From a candidate division FCPU426 bacterium (lineage in GTDB: Bacteria > Oederibacteriota > JAAXVQ01 > JAUVAV01), in assembly GCA_040756875.1 (NCBI GenBank), contig JBFLYH010000002.1:126526-190525 (forward strand): a stretch of DNA of 64,000 nt. Direction: 5' to 3'. This document shows, in pieces, positions 55,759-64,000 of the stretch; position 1 is the stretch's first letter, and each line of letters begins with the position of its first letter. The notes under the pieces were generated by a model that had not been told where the DNA came from, did no database searches, and was given only the letters and a program-made list of their open reading frames with translations. The translations under genes were made by a program, and so were the position numbers.

Positions 55759-58700
55759 ATGGACGAAAGCACCAAGGAAAAGATCAAAAGCATCATCCAA
55801 CTCAAGCTCCGCCCTTCGCCCGGGGAGATCGCCCAGCAACTGGGGCAGGAGCAGCCGCTGCGCGCCGAGCTGTTCAGCGTCGAGCAGATGATGGAATATG
55901 CCAAGAAGCTGGTCCAGCTGCATGCACTGGAGAGCGCGCGCGGGCCGGACCGCCTGCTGCCGCGATTGAACGAAAACGAGAAGCTGCTGCTGGAAGCCCA
56001 TCAGTCCCTGGAGGACAAAGCCGCAAAAAAGCCGTCCCTGCTGCCGGCCGAAGAATGGTTTCTGGACAATTTCCACCTCATCGAAGAACAAATCCGCATC
56101 ATTCGCAAACATTTTCCCAAAGCCTACAGCCGCGAACTGCCATTGCTCAAAGCCGGCAAGGCCGCGGGGTTTCCCCGGGTTTATGATATCGCCCTGGAGG
56201 TTATTTCCCACGGCGATGGCCGGGTGGACGCGGGCAGCTTGAGCGCGTTTGTGGATGCGTATCAAACCTCAACCGCTTTGAAATTAGGCGAACTGTGGGC
56301 CATTCCCATCATGCTGCGCCTGGCCTTGGTCGAAAACCTGCGGCGCGTGGCAGCCCGCATCACGGCCGGCAAACTTGACCGCCAGCAGGCCGGGTACTGG
56401 GCCGCCCGCATGACCCGGATCGCGGCCAAGGACCCCAAGAATCTGGTCCTCGAGATGGCGGATATGTCCCGTTCAAACCCGCCCATGTCCAGCGCGTTCG
56501 TGGCCGAGTTGACGCGGCGCCTCCAGGGCCAGGGGCCGACCCTGGCCCTTCCCCTGACCTGGCTCGAACAGCGGCTGAGCGAGACCGGTTCGAGCATTGA
56601 ACAGCTGGTGCGCCTGGAGAACCAGCGCCAGGCCGAGGACCAGGTATCCATCAGCAACAGCATCGCCAGCCTGAGGTTTCTCAACGCCATGGATTGGCGC
56701 GAGTTTGTAGAGACCATGAGCCGGGTGGAACAGAACCTCGCCCGCGATCCCGGGGACGTGCACCGGCGCACGGATTTCGCCACCCGCGACCGGTGCCGGC
56801 ATCAGGTGGAATTCCTCGCCCGGCGCAGCGGCCGGTCCGAAACGGAGATCGCGGATCAGGCTGTGGAACTGGCCCGCACGGCGGCCCGCGTCCACGGCCG
56901 GGACGACCGCGTTGCGTACGTCGGCTATTATCTGCTGGATAAAGGCCTGGCTGAGTTGGAACGGCTGGTGAAACCGCGGATCACCCTCGGGGAACGGATC
57001 GGGAGGCTCATCCGGCGGTTCCCCCTGTTCTTCTACCTGGGAACGATCATGCTCCTGACGCTGGCTGCGACCGGATGGGTCCTGGGCTTCCTGCGCGAGG
57101 CGCCGGCCGGGGTCCTGGTCGGGGCCGGACTTCTGCTTCTGATCGGCGCCAGCCAGCTGATGACTTCCCTGGTGAATTGGCTGGGCACCCTGGCGGTTCA
57201 GCCCGACCGGCTGGCGCGCATGGATTTTTCCAAAGGCCTGCCTCCCGAGGTCCGCACCCTGGTCGTGGTCCCCTGCATGCTGTCGAACCCGGAGACCGTG
57301 ACCGCCTTGCTGGAAAACCTGGAGGTTCTGTATCTGGCCAACCGCGACCTGTACCTGCATTTTGGCCTGGTCACCGACCTCCCCGATGCGCCCCGGGAAC
57401 ATCTCCCCGAAGATGACGGCGTGCTGGCGGCGGTCAGGGCCGGCATCGAGGGGTTGAACGCCCGCTATCCCCACGAACAAGTCGACCGGTTCTACCTCTT
57501 CCACCGGCCCCGTACCTGGAATCCGAAAGAAGGGTGCTGGATGGGCAAGGAACGCAAGCGCGGCAAGCTGGAGAATCTGAACCACCTCCTGAGCCAGGGC
57601 GCCCCGGAACCGGGCACCCTGATCGTCGGCGAGCCGGCGGTGCTGGGTCAGATGAAATACGTCATCACGCTGGACACCGACACGCAGATGACCCTGGATT
57701 CCGCCCGGATGCTGGTGGCGACCTTGGCCCACCCCCTGAACCGGCCCCGCTACGATTACGTGTCCAACCGGGTGTGCGAGGGGTACGGCATCCTGCAGCC
57801 GCGCATGGGAACCAGTCTGGCGGATGCGCGGCGCTCCTGGTTCGTGCGCCTGTTCGGCAGCGAAGTGGGCCTGGACCCGTATACGCTGGAAGTGTCCGAC
57901 ATCTACCAGGACCTGTTCCGGGAAGGCTCGTTCGTGGGCAAGGGCATCTATGAAGTGGCGGCCTTTCAAAAGGTGTTGTCAGGCCGTTTTCCCGAGAACC
58001 GGATTCTTTCGCACGATCTCTTGGAAGGCGGATATGTCCGGTCCGGACTGGTCAGCGATATCGTCCTGTATGAGAGCCACCCGGCCAATTATTTGGCGGA
58101 CGCCCGGCGGCGCCACCGCTGGATCCGGGGAGATTGGCAAATCGCCCGCTGGATTTTGCCCCGGGCGCCCGGGCCTGCGTCCCGGGTCCGAAACCCGCTC
58201 ACCCTGCTCTACCGCTGGAAGCTATTGGACAACCTGCGGCGCAGCCTGGTGTCGCCGGCTTTATTCGCGCTGCTGCTGTGGGGATGGCTGACCGGGCCCT
58301 GGTCCGCCGTTCTCACGGCTTTTGTCGCCGCCGTGATCTTCCTCCCGGCCCTGCTCAAGTCGGCTTGCGAGCTGTGGTTCCAAAGGCCGCGGGAGATGCC
58401 GTTTGAGCTCCATGCCCGCGAAACGGGCCACAGCCTGGTCAAGCAGCTGGCCATGGAAGCCGTCCGGCTCGTGCTTTTGCCCTTTAAAGTCCACAGGGAC
58501 CTGGATGCGGTTTTTCGCACCCTGTTCAGGCTGCTCGTCACGCATAAGCATCTTTTGAAATGGACCACGGCCAGCGATGGCAGCCGTCTGGCCGCGGCGG
58601 AGGTCAAAGACTTTTGGAGGGCCATGGCCGTTGCCCCGCTCCTGGCGGTGGCTTCCGGGGCGGCGGTCTGCTGCCTCAATCCGGGTGCGTTCTGGATGGC

Positions 58701-61700
58701 CGGCGGGGTGTTGCTGGCGTGGTTCCTCTCCCCCCTCGCCGCCTGGTTCATCAGCCGGCCGCTGGCCCCGCGTCCGTTGCGGCTTTCGTCCGGCCAGGAC
58801 GATTTTTTGCGCAAGCTGGCGCGGCGCACCTGGCGCTTTTTCGAAACCTTTACCAACGAGGCGGAGCACTGGCTGCCTCTCGACAATGTCCATGAAAAGC
58901 CCGTCTTTCTGCAAAGCCACCGCACGTCGCCCACGAACATGGGTCTGTCCCTGCTCTCAAGCCTGTCGGCCTATGATTTCGGATACCTTTCCACCGGCCA
59001 GCTGATCTTCCGGCTGACCCGCAGCCTGCACACCATGGAGGAGCTGGAGCACTTCCGCGGTCATTTTTACAATTGGTACGACACGCAGACCCTGAAACCC
59101 CTGAACCCTTTGTATATTTCCACCGTGGACAGCGGCAACCTTGCCGGGCACCTGCTGGTTCTCAGGCAAGGCTTGCTGGCTATGTGCGACCACCCGCTGG
59201 TCCCGGACCGGGTGTTCCAGGGCTGCGCGGACGCGCTGGCGGTCCTGGAGGAGGCCGTGCACGGAACGGAATACAAACTCTCCCCGGAGCTCAAGGGAAA
59301 GCTCAAGCACCTCCGGGAGCAGGTGAACGAAAAACCGCGCGCCCTGAAGGAAACGTGGGACCGCCTGCAGCGGCTGGAAAGCATGTGCCGTGATCTCGAA
59401 CCGGGTCTGGCCGGGAACCCCGAGGCCGGGTGGTGGGCCGGCGCGCTGGCGCGCCAGTGCCGGGGGCATTGGGATGACATCGATTTCATCGCGCCCTGGC
59501 TGAAACTGTCTCCGCCCGAAGAAAGATTCTGGCAGTCCGCCGGCGGCGCGGAGGAGGGCCAGTGGCTGCAAAGCGTAAGAACCGCGTGGGAGGGGCTGCA
59601 CGCCGGCCCGACCCTCCGCGAGGTGGCGGACCTGGGCAAGCACCTCCTGCCGCTGATCGACCAGCTGTACTCCGCGCGGCAGGATTCCGCCCGCCGGGAA
59701 TGGCTGGCCCAGTTCCGGCAGATCGTGGTCGAGGCCGGAAACCAGGCGGCCGGCAGGATCGCGGCGATAGAGAAACGGGCCCAACAGTGCGGCCGCATGG
59801 CGGAAATGGAGTATGATTTTTTATACGACCACGCCAGGCACCTTTTGACCATCGGCTACGATGTCGGCGAACGCCGCCGGGAAGACAGCTTTTACGACCT
59901 GCTGGCCTCCGAGGCCCGGCTCGGGAGCTTTGTGGCCATCGCCCAGGGACGCCTGCCCCAGGAGCATTGGTTTTCCCTGGGGCGGCTGTTGACCGTGGCC
60001 GGCGGCCGGTCGGTCCTGCTGTCCTGGGGCGGGTCCATGTTCGAATATTTGATGCCGCTGCTCGTCATGCCGTCGTACGAGAACACGCTTCTGGAGCAGA
60101 CCGCCAAGGCCGTGGTGGCCCGCCAGATAGAATACGGCCAGAAGCGCGGCGTGTGCTGGGGCATCTCCGAATCCGGTTACAACCTGACGGACGCAAACCA
60201 CAATTACCAATACCGGGCCTTTGGCGTGCCGGGCCTGGGCTTCAAGCGGGGGCTGGCCGAAGACCTGGTGATCGCGCCCTATGCCTCGGGATTGGCCTTG
60301 CTGGTGGAGCCCGAGGCGGCGGTGGAAAACCTCATGCACCTGGCCGAGGCCGGTCTGCTGGGACCCTATGGCATGTACGAGGCCGTGGACTATACCCCGG
60401 CGCGTTTGTCCCGCGGGCAGACCTCGGCCGTTGTCAGTTCGTACCTGGCCCACCACCAGGGCATGCTGTTTTTGTCGCTGGCCTCCTGCCTGCTGGACCG
60501 GCCCATGCAAAAGCGTTTCGAGTCCCAGCCGGAGTTTCAGGCCGCCAGGCTGCTGCTTCAGGAACGGGTCCCCAAGGAGGCGCCGGAGCACCTGCAGACC
60601 TCCGAGGCCTTGGAACGCGGCTGGCGCGCCACCGAGCACCAGGCGCTCATGCGCGTATTTACCACGCCCCACACGCCGGTTCCGGAAGTCCACCTGCTGT
60701 CCAACGGCCGGTATTATGTGATGGTCACCAATGCGGGCGGCGGGTACAGCCACTGGAAGGACCTGGTCCTGACCCGCTGGCGCGAAGATGCGACCCTGGA
60801 CAGCCAGGGGTTGTTCTGCTATCTGCGGGATGTGGAACGCAACGAAACCTGGTCCGCCGCCTTCCATCCGGCCCAGAGGCCGGCCAAGCAGTACGAGGCG
60901 ATTTTTTCCCAGGCCCGGGCGGAATTCCGGCGGCGCGATCTGGACCTGGACACGCACACCGAAATCGCGGTCTCGCCCGAGGATGACATCGAACTGCGCC
61001 GCATCCGCATCACCAACCGTTCCCGCGCCCCGCGCACCCTGGAATTGACCTCCTACGCCGAGGTGGTGCTGGCGCCGCCCGGCGCCGAGGACACGCATCC
61101 GGCTTTCAACGGACTTTTCGTCCAAACCGAAATCATCCGCGACCGGGATGCCATCCTCTGCAGCCGCCGCCCCCGCTCGGCCGAAGAGCAGCCGCCCTGG
61201 ATGCTGCATCTGATGGTCGTTCAGGCCGGCCAGGAGCTCGAGACGTCCTTCGAAACCGACCGGCAGAAGTTCATCGGCCGGGGCCGGAGCGTTTCGTCCC
61301 CGGCGGCGCTGGAGACCCGGGAGCTTTCGAACAGCGAAGGGGCGGTCCTGGACCCGATCGTGGCCATCCGGCGCCGGATCACGATCGAACCCGAAAGCAC
61401 CGCGATCGTGAACATCATTCTGGGGGCGGTGGAAAGCCGCGAACGGGCCCTGGGGCTGATTGAAAAATACCACGATTGGCGGCTGACGGACCGGGTGTTT
61501 GAACTGGCTTTCAGCCACGGCCAGGTGGTTCTGCACCAGCTGAACGCCACCGAGGCGGACGCCCAGGTCTACGGCCGTTTGGCCGGGTCGGTCATTTATG
61601 TCAATCCGGCCCGCCGGGCCCTGCCCGGGGTTATCCTCAAAAACACCCGCGGCCAGTCGGATTTATGGAGCTACGGGATTTCCGGCGACCTGCCCATCGT

Positions 61701-64000
61701 GCTGCTGCGCATCTCCGACCCGGCGAACATCGACCTGGTGCAGCAGCTGGTGCAAGCCCACGCCTATTGGCGGTTAAAAGGGCTGGCCGCGGACCTGGTC
61801 ATCTGGAACGAGGATGTGACCGGGTACCGCGACCTGCTCCACGACCGCATCATGGGCCTGATCTCGGTCGGTTCGGAAGCCCACAACGTGGACCGGCCGG
61901 CGGGCATTTTCATCCGGCGCATGGACCAGATTCCCGAAGCGGACCAGGTGCTCATGCAGACCGTCGCCCGCGTGATCATCACCGACCAGGGCGGGACGCT
62001 GGAGGAGCAGATGAGCCGCCGCGTCCAGCTGCCGGAGGGCGTGCCGGCTTTTTCGCCTTTCCGGACGCGGCGCCTGCTGGCGGACAAGACCGGCGATTTG
62101 ACGCGCCGGGACCTTATTTTCTTCAACGGCCTGGGCGGGTTTACCCAAGACGGCAAGGAATACATCGTAACCACCACGGCCGATCAAATGACGCCCAAGC
62201 CCTGGTCGAACGTGCTCGCCAACCCCGAGTTCGGGACCGTGGTGACCGAGAGCGGCTCGGCCTACACCTTCAGCGAAAACGCGCACGAGTTTCGCCTGAC
62301 CCCCTGGCACAACGACCCCGTGTGCGATCCCAGCGGGGAAGCCTTCTACCTGCGCGACGAGGAGAGCGGCAGATTCTGGTCGCCCATGCCCTTTCCGGCC
62401 CGGGGCGGCAAGCCTTACACCTGCCGGCACGGGTTTGGCTACAGCATCTTCGAGTACACGGATTTCGGGATCACGTCCACGCTGACCACGTACGTCGCCC
62501 CGGACGCGCCCGTCAAATTCTGGGTGCTGAAAGTCCGCAACGTGTCGGGCAGAACCCGCCGCCTTTCGGCCACCGGATACGTGGAATGGATCTTGGGGGA
62601 GTTGCGGCACAAGTCGATGATGCACGTCGTGACGGAGATGGACCCGGAGTGCAAGGCCGTGTTCGCCCGCAACCCCTTCAACATCGAATTTGCCAGCCGC
62701 GTGGCGTTCATGGATGTGGATGATCCCCAGCGCAGCCTGACCTGCGACCGCTCGGAGTTTATCGGCCGCAACCGCAGTTTGAAGAACCCCGCGGCCATGG
62801 GCCGGCTGCGGCTGTCCAACAAGGTCGGGCCCGCCCTGGACCCCTGCGCGAGCCTGCAGGCCCGGTTCGATCTGGAGGACGGCCAGGAAAAAGAGCTGGC
62901 CTTCATTCTGGGCGCGGGCCGCACGGCCGAGGAGGCCCGGGACTTGGTCCGGCGGTTCAAAGGAACCGGCCCGGCGCATGCGGCGCTGGAGAGCGTGTGG
63001 GACTATTGGAACCGGACCCTGGGCGCGGTCCACCTGGAAACGCCCGATCGCAGCACGGATATTCTGGCCAACGGCTGGCTGCTCTATCAAACCCTGGCCT
63101 GCCGCCTCTGGGCCCGCAGCGGCTATTACCAATCCGGCGGGGCGTTCGGCTACCGCGATCAACTGCAGGATGCGCTGGCCTTGACGCACGCCCAGCCGCA
63201 GCTGCTGCGGGCGCAACTGCTGCGCTGTGCGGAGCATCAATTCCCGGAAGGCGACGTCCAGCATTGGTGGCATCCCCCCCTGGGGCGCGGGGTGCGCACC
63301 CGCTGTTCGGACGATTACCTGTGGCTGCCCTACGCGGCCTGCCGCTATGTGGCCGCGACCGGGGATACCGGCGTGCTGGACGAGATGGCCGGATTCATCC
63401 AGGGCCGGCCGCTCCAGCCGGAGGAAGACTCGTACTACGACCTGCCCGTCCGTTCCGAAGAGAAGGCCACGCTTTACGAACACTGCGCCCGGGCGGTCCG
63501 GCACGGCCTGAGATTCGGCGCGCACGGCTTCCCGCTCATGGGAAGCGGGGATTGGAACGACGGCATGAACCGGGTGGGGATTCAGGACAAGGGCGAGAGC
63601 GTCTGGCTGGCCTTCTTCCTCTGCGCGGTGCTGGACCCGTTCCGGGCGCTCGCCCACAGCCGGCAGGATGTTCAGATGGCCGAGACCTGCCGGACCGCGT
63701 CCGAACACCTGCGGCAGCGGATCGCCGCCGACGCGTGGGACGGCCAGTGGTGGCTCCGAGCGTTTTACGACAACGGCCAGCCCCTGGGCTCGGCCGCGAA
63801 CCCGGAATGCCGCATTGATTCGCTGCCGCAGAGCTGGGCGGTCCTGTCAGGCGCCGGGGCTCCTGCGCGCAACCGCACGGCCCTGCAGGCCGTGGACCGG
63901 CATTTGGTGGTCCCCGGACTGGGCCTGATCCAGCTGTTGGACCCTCCCTTCGACAAGACCGACCAGGACCCGGGCTATATCCGCGGTTACGCTCCGGGCG
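55759..64000 (+). CDS. ndvB: Cyclic beta-1,2-glucan synthase/phosphorylase (NdvB/Cgs-like, GT84 + GH94), truncated by the window edge
   Basis: Spot translations in one frame from ATG 55759: PLRAELFS, ERKRGKL, TLDTDT, LSHDLLEG, RRHRWIRGDWQ, TSPTNMGL, YQSGGAFGYRDQLQD, GDWNDGMN; missing from the ORF track, consistent with no stop inside the window. Confidence 0.92.
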   Translation, partial: MDESTKEKIKSIIQLKLRPSPGEIAQQLGQEQPLRAELFSVEQMMEYAKKLVQLHALESARGPDRLLPRLNENEKLLLEAHQSLEDKAAKKPSLLPAEEWFLDNFHLIEEQIRIIRKHFPKAYSRELPLLKAGKAAGFPRVYDIALEVISHGDGRVDAGSLSAFVDAYQTSTALKLGELWAIPIMLRLALVENLRRVAARITAGKLDRQQAGYWAARMTRIAAKDPKNLVLEMADMSRSNPPMSSAFVAELTRRLQGQGPTLALPLTWLEQRLSETGSSIEQLVRLENQRQAEDQVSISNSIASLRFLNAMDWREFVETMSRVEQNLARDPGDVHRRTDFATRDRCRHQVEFLARRSGRSETEIADQAVELARTAARVHGRDDRVAYVGYYLLDKGLAELERLVKPRITLGERIGRLIRRFPLFFYLGTIMLLTLAATGWVLGFLREAPAGVLVGAGLLLLIGASQLMTSLVNWLGTLAVQPDRLARMDFSKGLPPEVRTLVVVPCMLSNPETVTALLENLEVLYLANRDLYLHFGLVTDLPDAPREHLPEDDGVLAAVRAGIEGLNARYPHEQVDRFYLFHRPRTWNPKEGCWMGKERKRGKLENLNHLLSQGAPEPGTLIVGEPAVLGQMKYVITLDTDTQMTLDSARMLVATLAHPLNRPRYDYVSNRVCEGYGILQPRMGTSLADARRSWFVRLFGSEVGLDPYTLEVSDIYQDLFREGSFVGKGIYEVAAFQKVLSGRFPENRILSHDLLEGGYVRSGLVSDIVLYESHPANYLADARRRHRWIRGDWQIARWILPRAPGPASRVRNPLTLLYRWKLLDNLRRSLVSPALFALLLWGWLTGPWSAVLTAFVAAVIFLPALLKSACELWFQRPREMPFELHARETGHSLVKQLAMEAVRLVLLPFKVHRDLDAVFRTLFRLLVTHKHLLKWTTASDGSRLAAAEVKDFWRAMAVAPLLAVASGAAVCCLNPGAFWMAGGVLLAWFLSPLAAWFISRPLAPRPLRLSSGQDDFLRKLARRTWRFFETFTNEAEHWLPLDNVHEKPVFLQSHRTSPTNMGLSLLSSLSAYDFGYLSTGQLIFRLTRSLHTMEELEHFRGHFYNWYDTQTLKPLNPLYISTVDSGNLAGHLLVLRQGLLAMCDHPLVPDRVFQGCADALAVLEEAVHGTEYKLSPELKGKLKHLREQVNEKPRALKETWDRLQRLESMCRDLEPGLAGNPEAGWWAGALARQCRGHWDDIDFIAPWLKLSPPEERFWQSAGGAEEGQWLQSVRTAWEGLHAGPTLREVADLGKHLLPLIDQLYSARQDSARREWLAQFRQIVVEAGNQAAGRIAAIEKRAQQCGRMAEMEYDFLYDHARHLLTIGYDVGERRREDSFYDLLASEARLGSFVAIAQGRLPQEHWFSLGRLLTVAGGRSVLLSWGGSMFEYLMPLLVMPSYENTLLEQTAKAVVARQIEYGQKRGVCWGISESGYNLTDANHNYQYRAFGVPGLGFKRGLAEDLVIAPYASGLALLVEPEAAVENLMHLAEAGLLGPYGMYEAVDYTPARLSRGQTSAVVSSYLAHHQGMLFLSLASCLLDRPMQKRFESQPEFQAARLLLQERVPKEAPEHLQTSEALERGWRATEHQALMRVFTTPHTPVPEVHLLSNGRYYVMVTNAGGGYSHWKDLVLTRWREDATLDSQGLFCYLRDVERNETWSAAFHPAQRPAKQYEAIFSQARAEFRRRDLDLDTHTEIAVSPEDDIELRRIRITNRSRAPRTLELTSYAEVVLAPPGAEDTHPAFNGLFVQTEIIRDRDAILCSRRPRSAEEQPPWMLHLMVVQAGQELETSFETDRQKFIGRGRSVSSPAALETRELSNSEGAVLDPIVAIRRRITIEPESTAIVNIILGAVESRERALGLIEKYHDWRLTDRVFELAFSHGQVVLHQLNATEADAQVYGRLAGSVIYVNPARRALPGVILKNTRGQSDLWSYGISGDLPIVLLRISDPANIDLVQQLVQAHAYWRLKGLAADLVIWNEDVTGYRDLLHDRIMGLISVGSEAHNVDRPAGIFIRRMDQIPEADQVLMQTVARVIITDQGGTLEEQMSRRVQLPEGVPAFSPFRTRRLLADKTGDLTRRDLIFFNGLGGFTQDGKEYIVTTTADQMTPKPWSNVLANPEFGTVVTESGSAYTFSENAHEFRLTPWHNDPVCDPSGEAFYLRDEESGRFWSPMPFPARGGKPYTCRHGFGYSIFEYTDFGITSTLTTYVAPDAPVKFWVLKVRNVSGRTRRLSATGYVEWILGELRHKSMMHVVTEMDPECKAVFARNPFNIEFASRVAFMDVDDPQRSLTCDRSEFIGRNRSLKNPAAMGRLRLSNKVGPALDPCASLQARFDLEDGQEKELAFILGAGRTAEEARDLVRRFKGTGPAHAALESVWDYWNRTLGAVHLETPDRSTDILANGWLLYQTLACRLWARSGYYQSGGAFGYRDQLQDALALTHAQPQLLRAQLLRCAEHQFPEGDVQHWWHPPLGRGVRTRCSDDYLWLPYAACRYVAATGDTGVLDEMAGFIQGRPLQPEEDSYYDLPVRSEEKATLYEHCARAVRHGLRFGAHGFPLMGSGDWNDGMNRVGIQDKGESVWLAFFLCAVLDPFRALAHSRQDVQMAETCRTASEHLRQRIAADAWDGQWWLRAFYDNGQPLGSAANPECRIDSLPQSWAVLSGAGAPARNRTALQAVDRHLVVPGLGLIQLLDPPFDKTDQDPGYIRGYAPG

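Overview
High-GC bacterial chromosomal window. It is mostly housekeeping and signalling genes: two tRNA-Pro, merR/ihf, gpsA-plsY-der, uppP, two HD-GYP proteins, three PilZ proteins, pepF, terC, an ECF sigma/anti-sigma cluster, purN-purH-purD-purE, dinG, and a >8.2 kb cyclic beta-1,2-glucan synthase-like gene that runs off the right edge. The most striking feature is a minus-strand gene run (17999-30852) with alternating high- and low-GC segments. In it, a TadE-type pseudopilin N-terminus is fused to an AT-rich C-terminal domain resembling TNT-like polymorphic toxins. That gene is followed by a translationally coupled immunity-like gene, further orphan immunity-like ORFs (one a hidden pseudogene), a TadG-like gene with an AT-rich core, and GT-C-type glycosyltransferases. 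Two Flp pilins, a prepilin peptidase and a second TadE lie about 5 kb away. Together these suggest a possibly undescribed Tad-pilus-associated polymorphic toxin system. Also seen: a three-copy MITE family whose ends coincide with stop codons, a REP-like palindrome read in frame inside the toxin gene, a candidate sRNA with two CCUCC loops, and a HAD-TsaC fusion. All calls come from reading motifs by eye; no database searches were run and GC contrasts are visual estimates.
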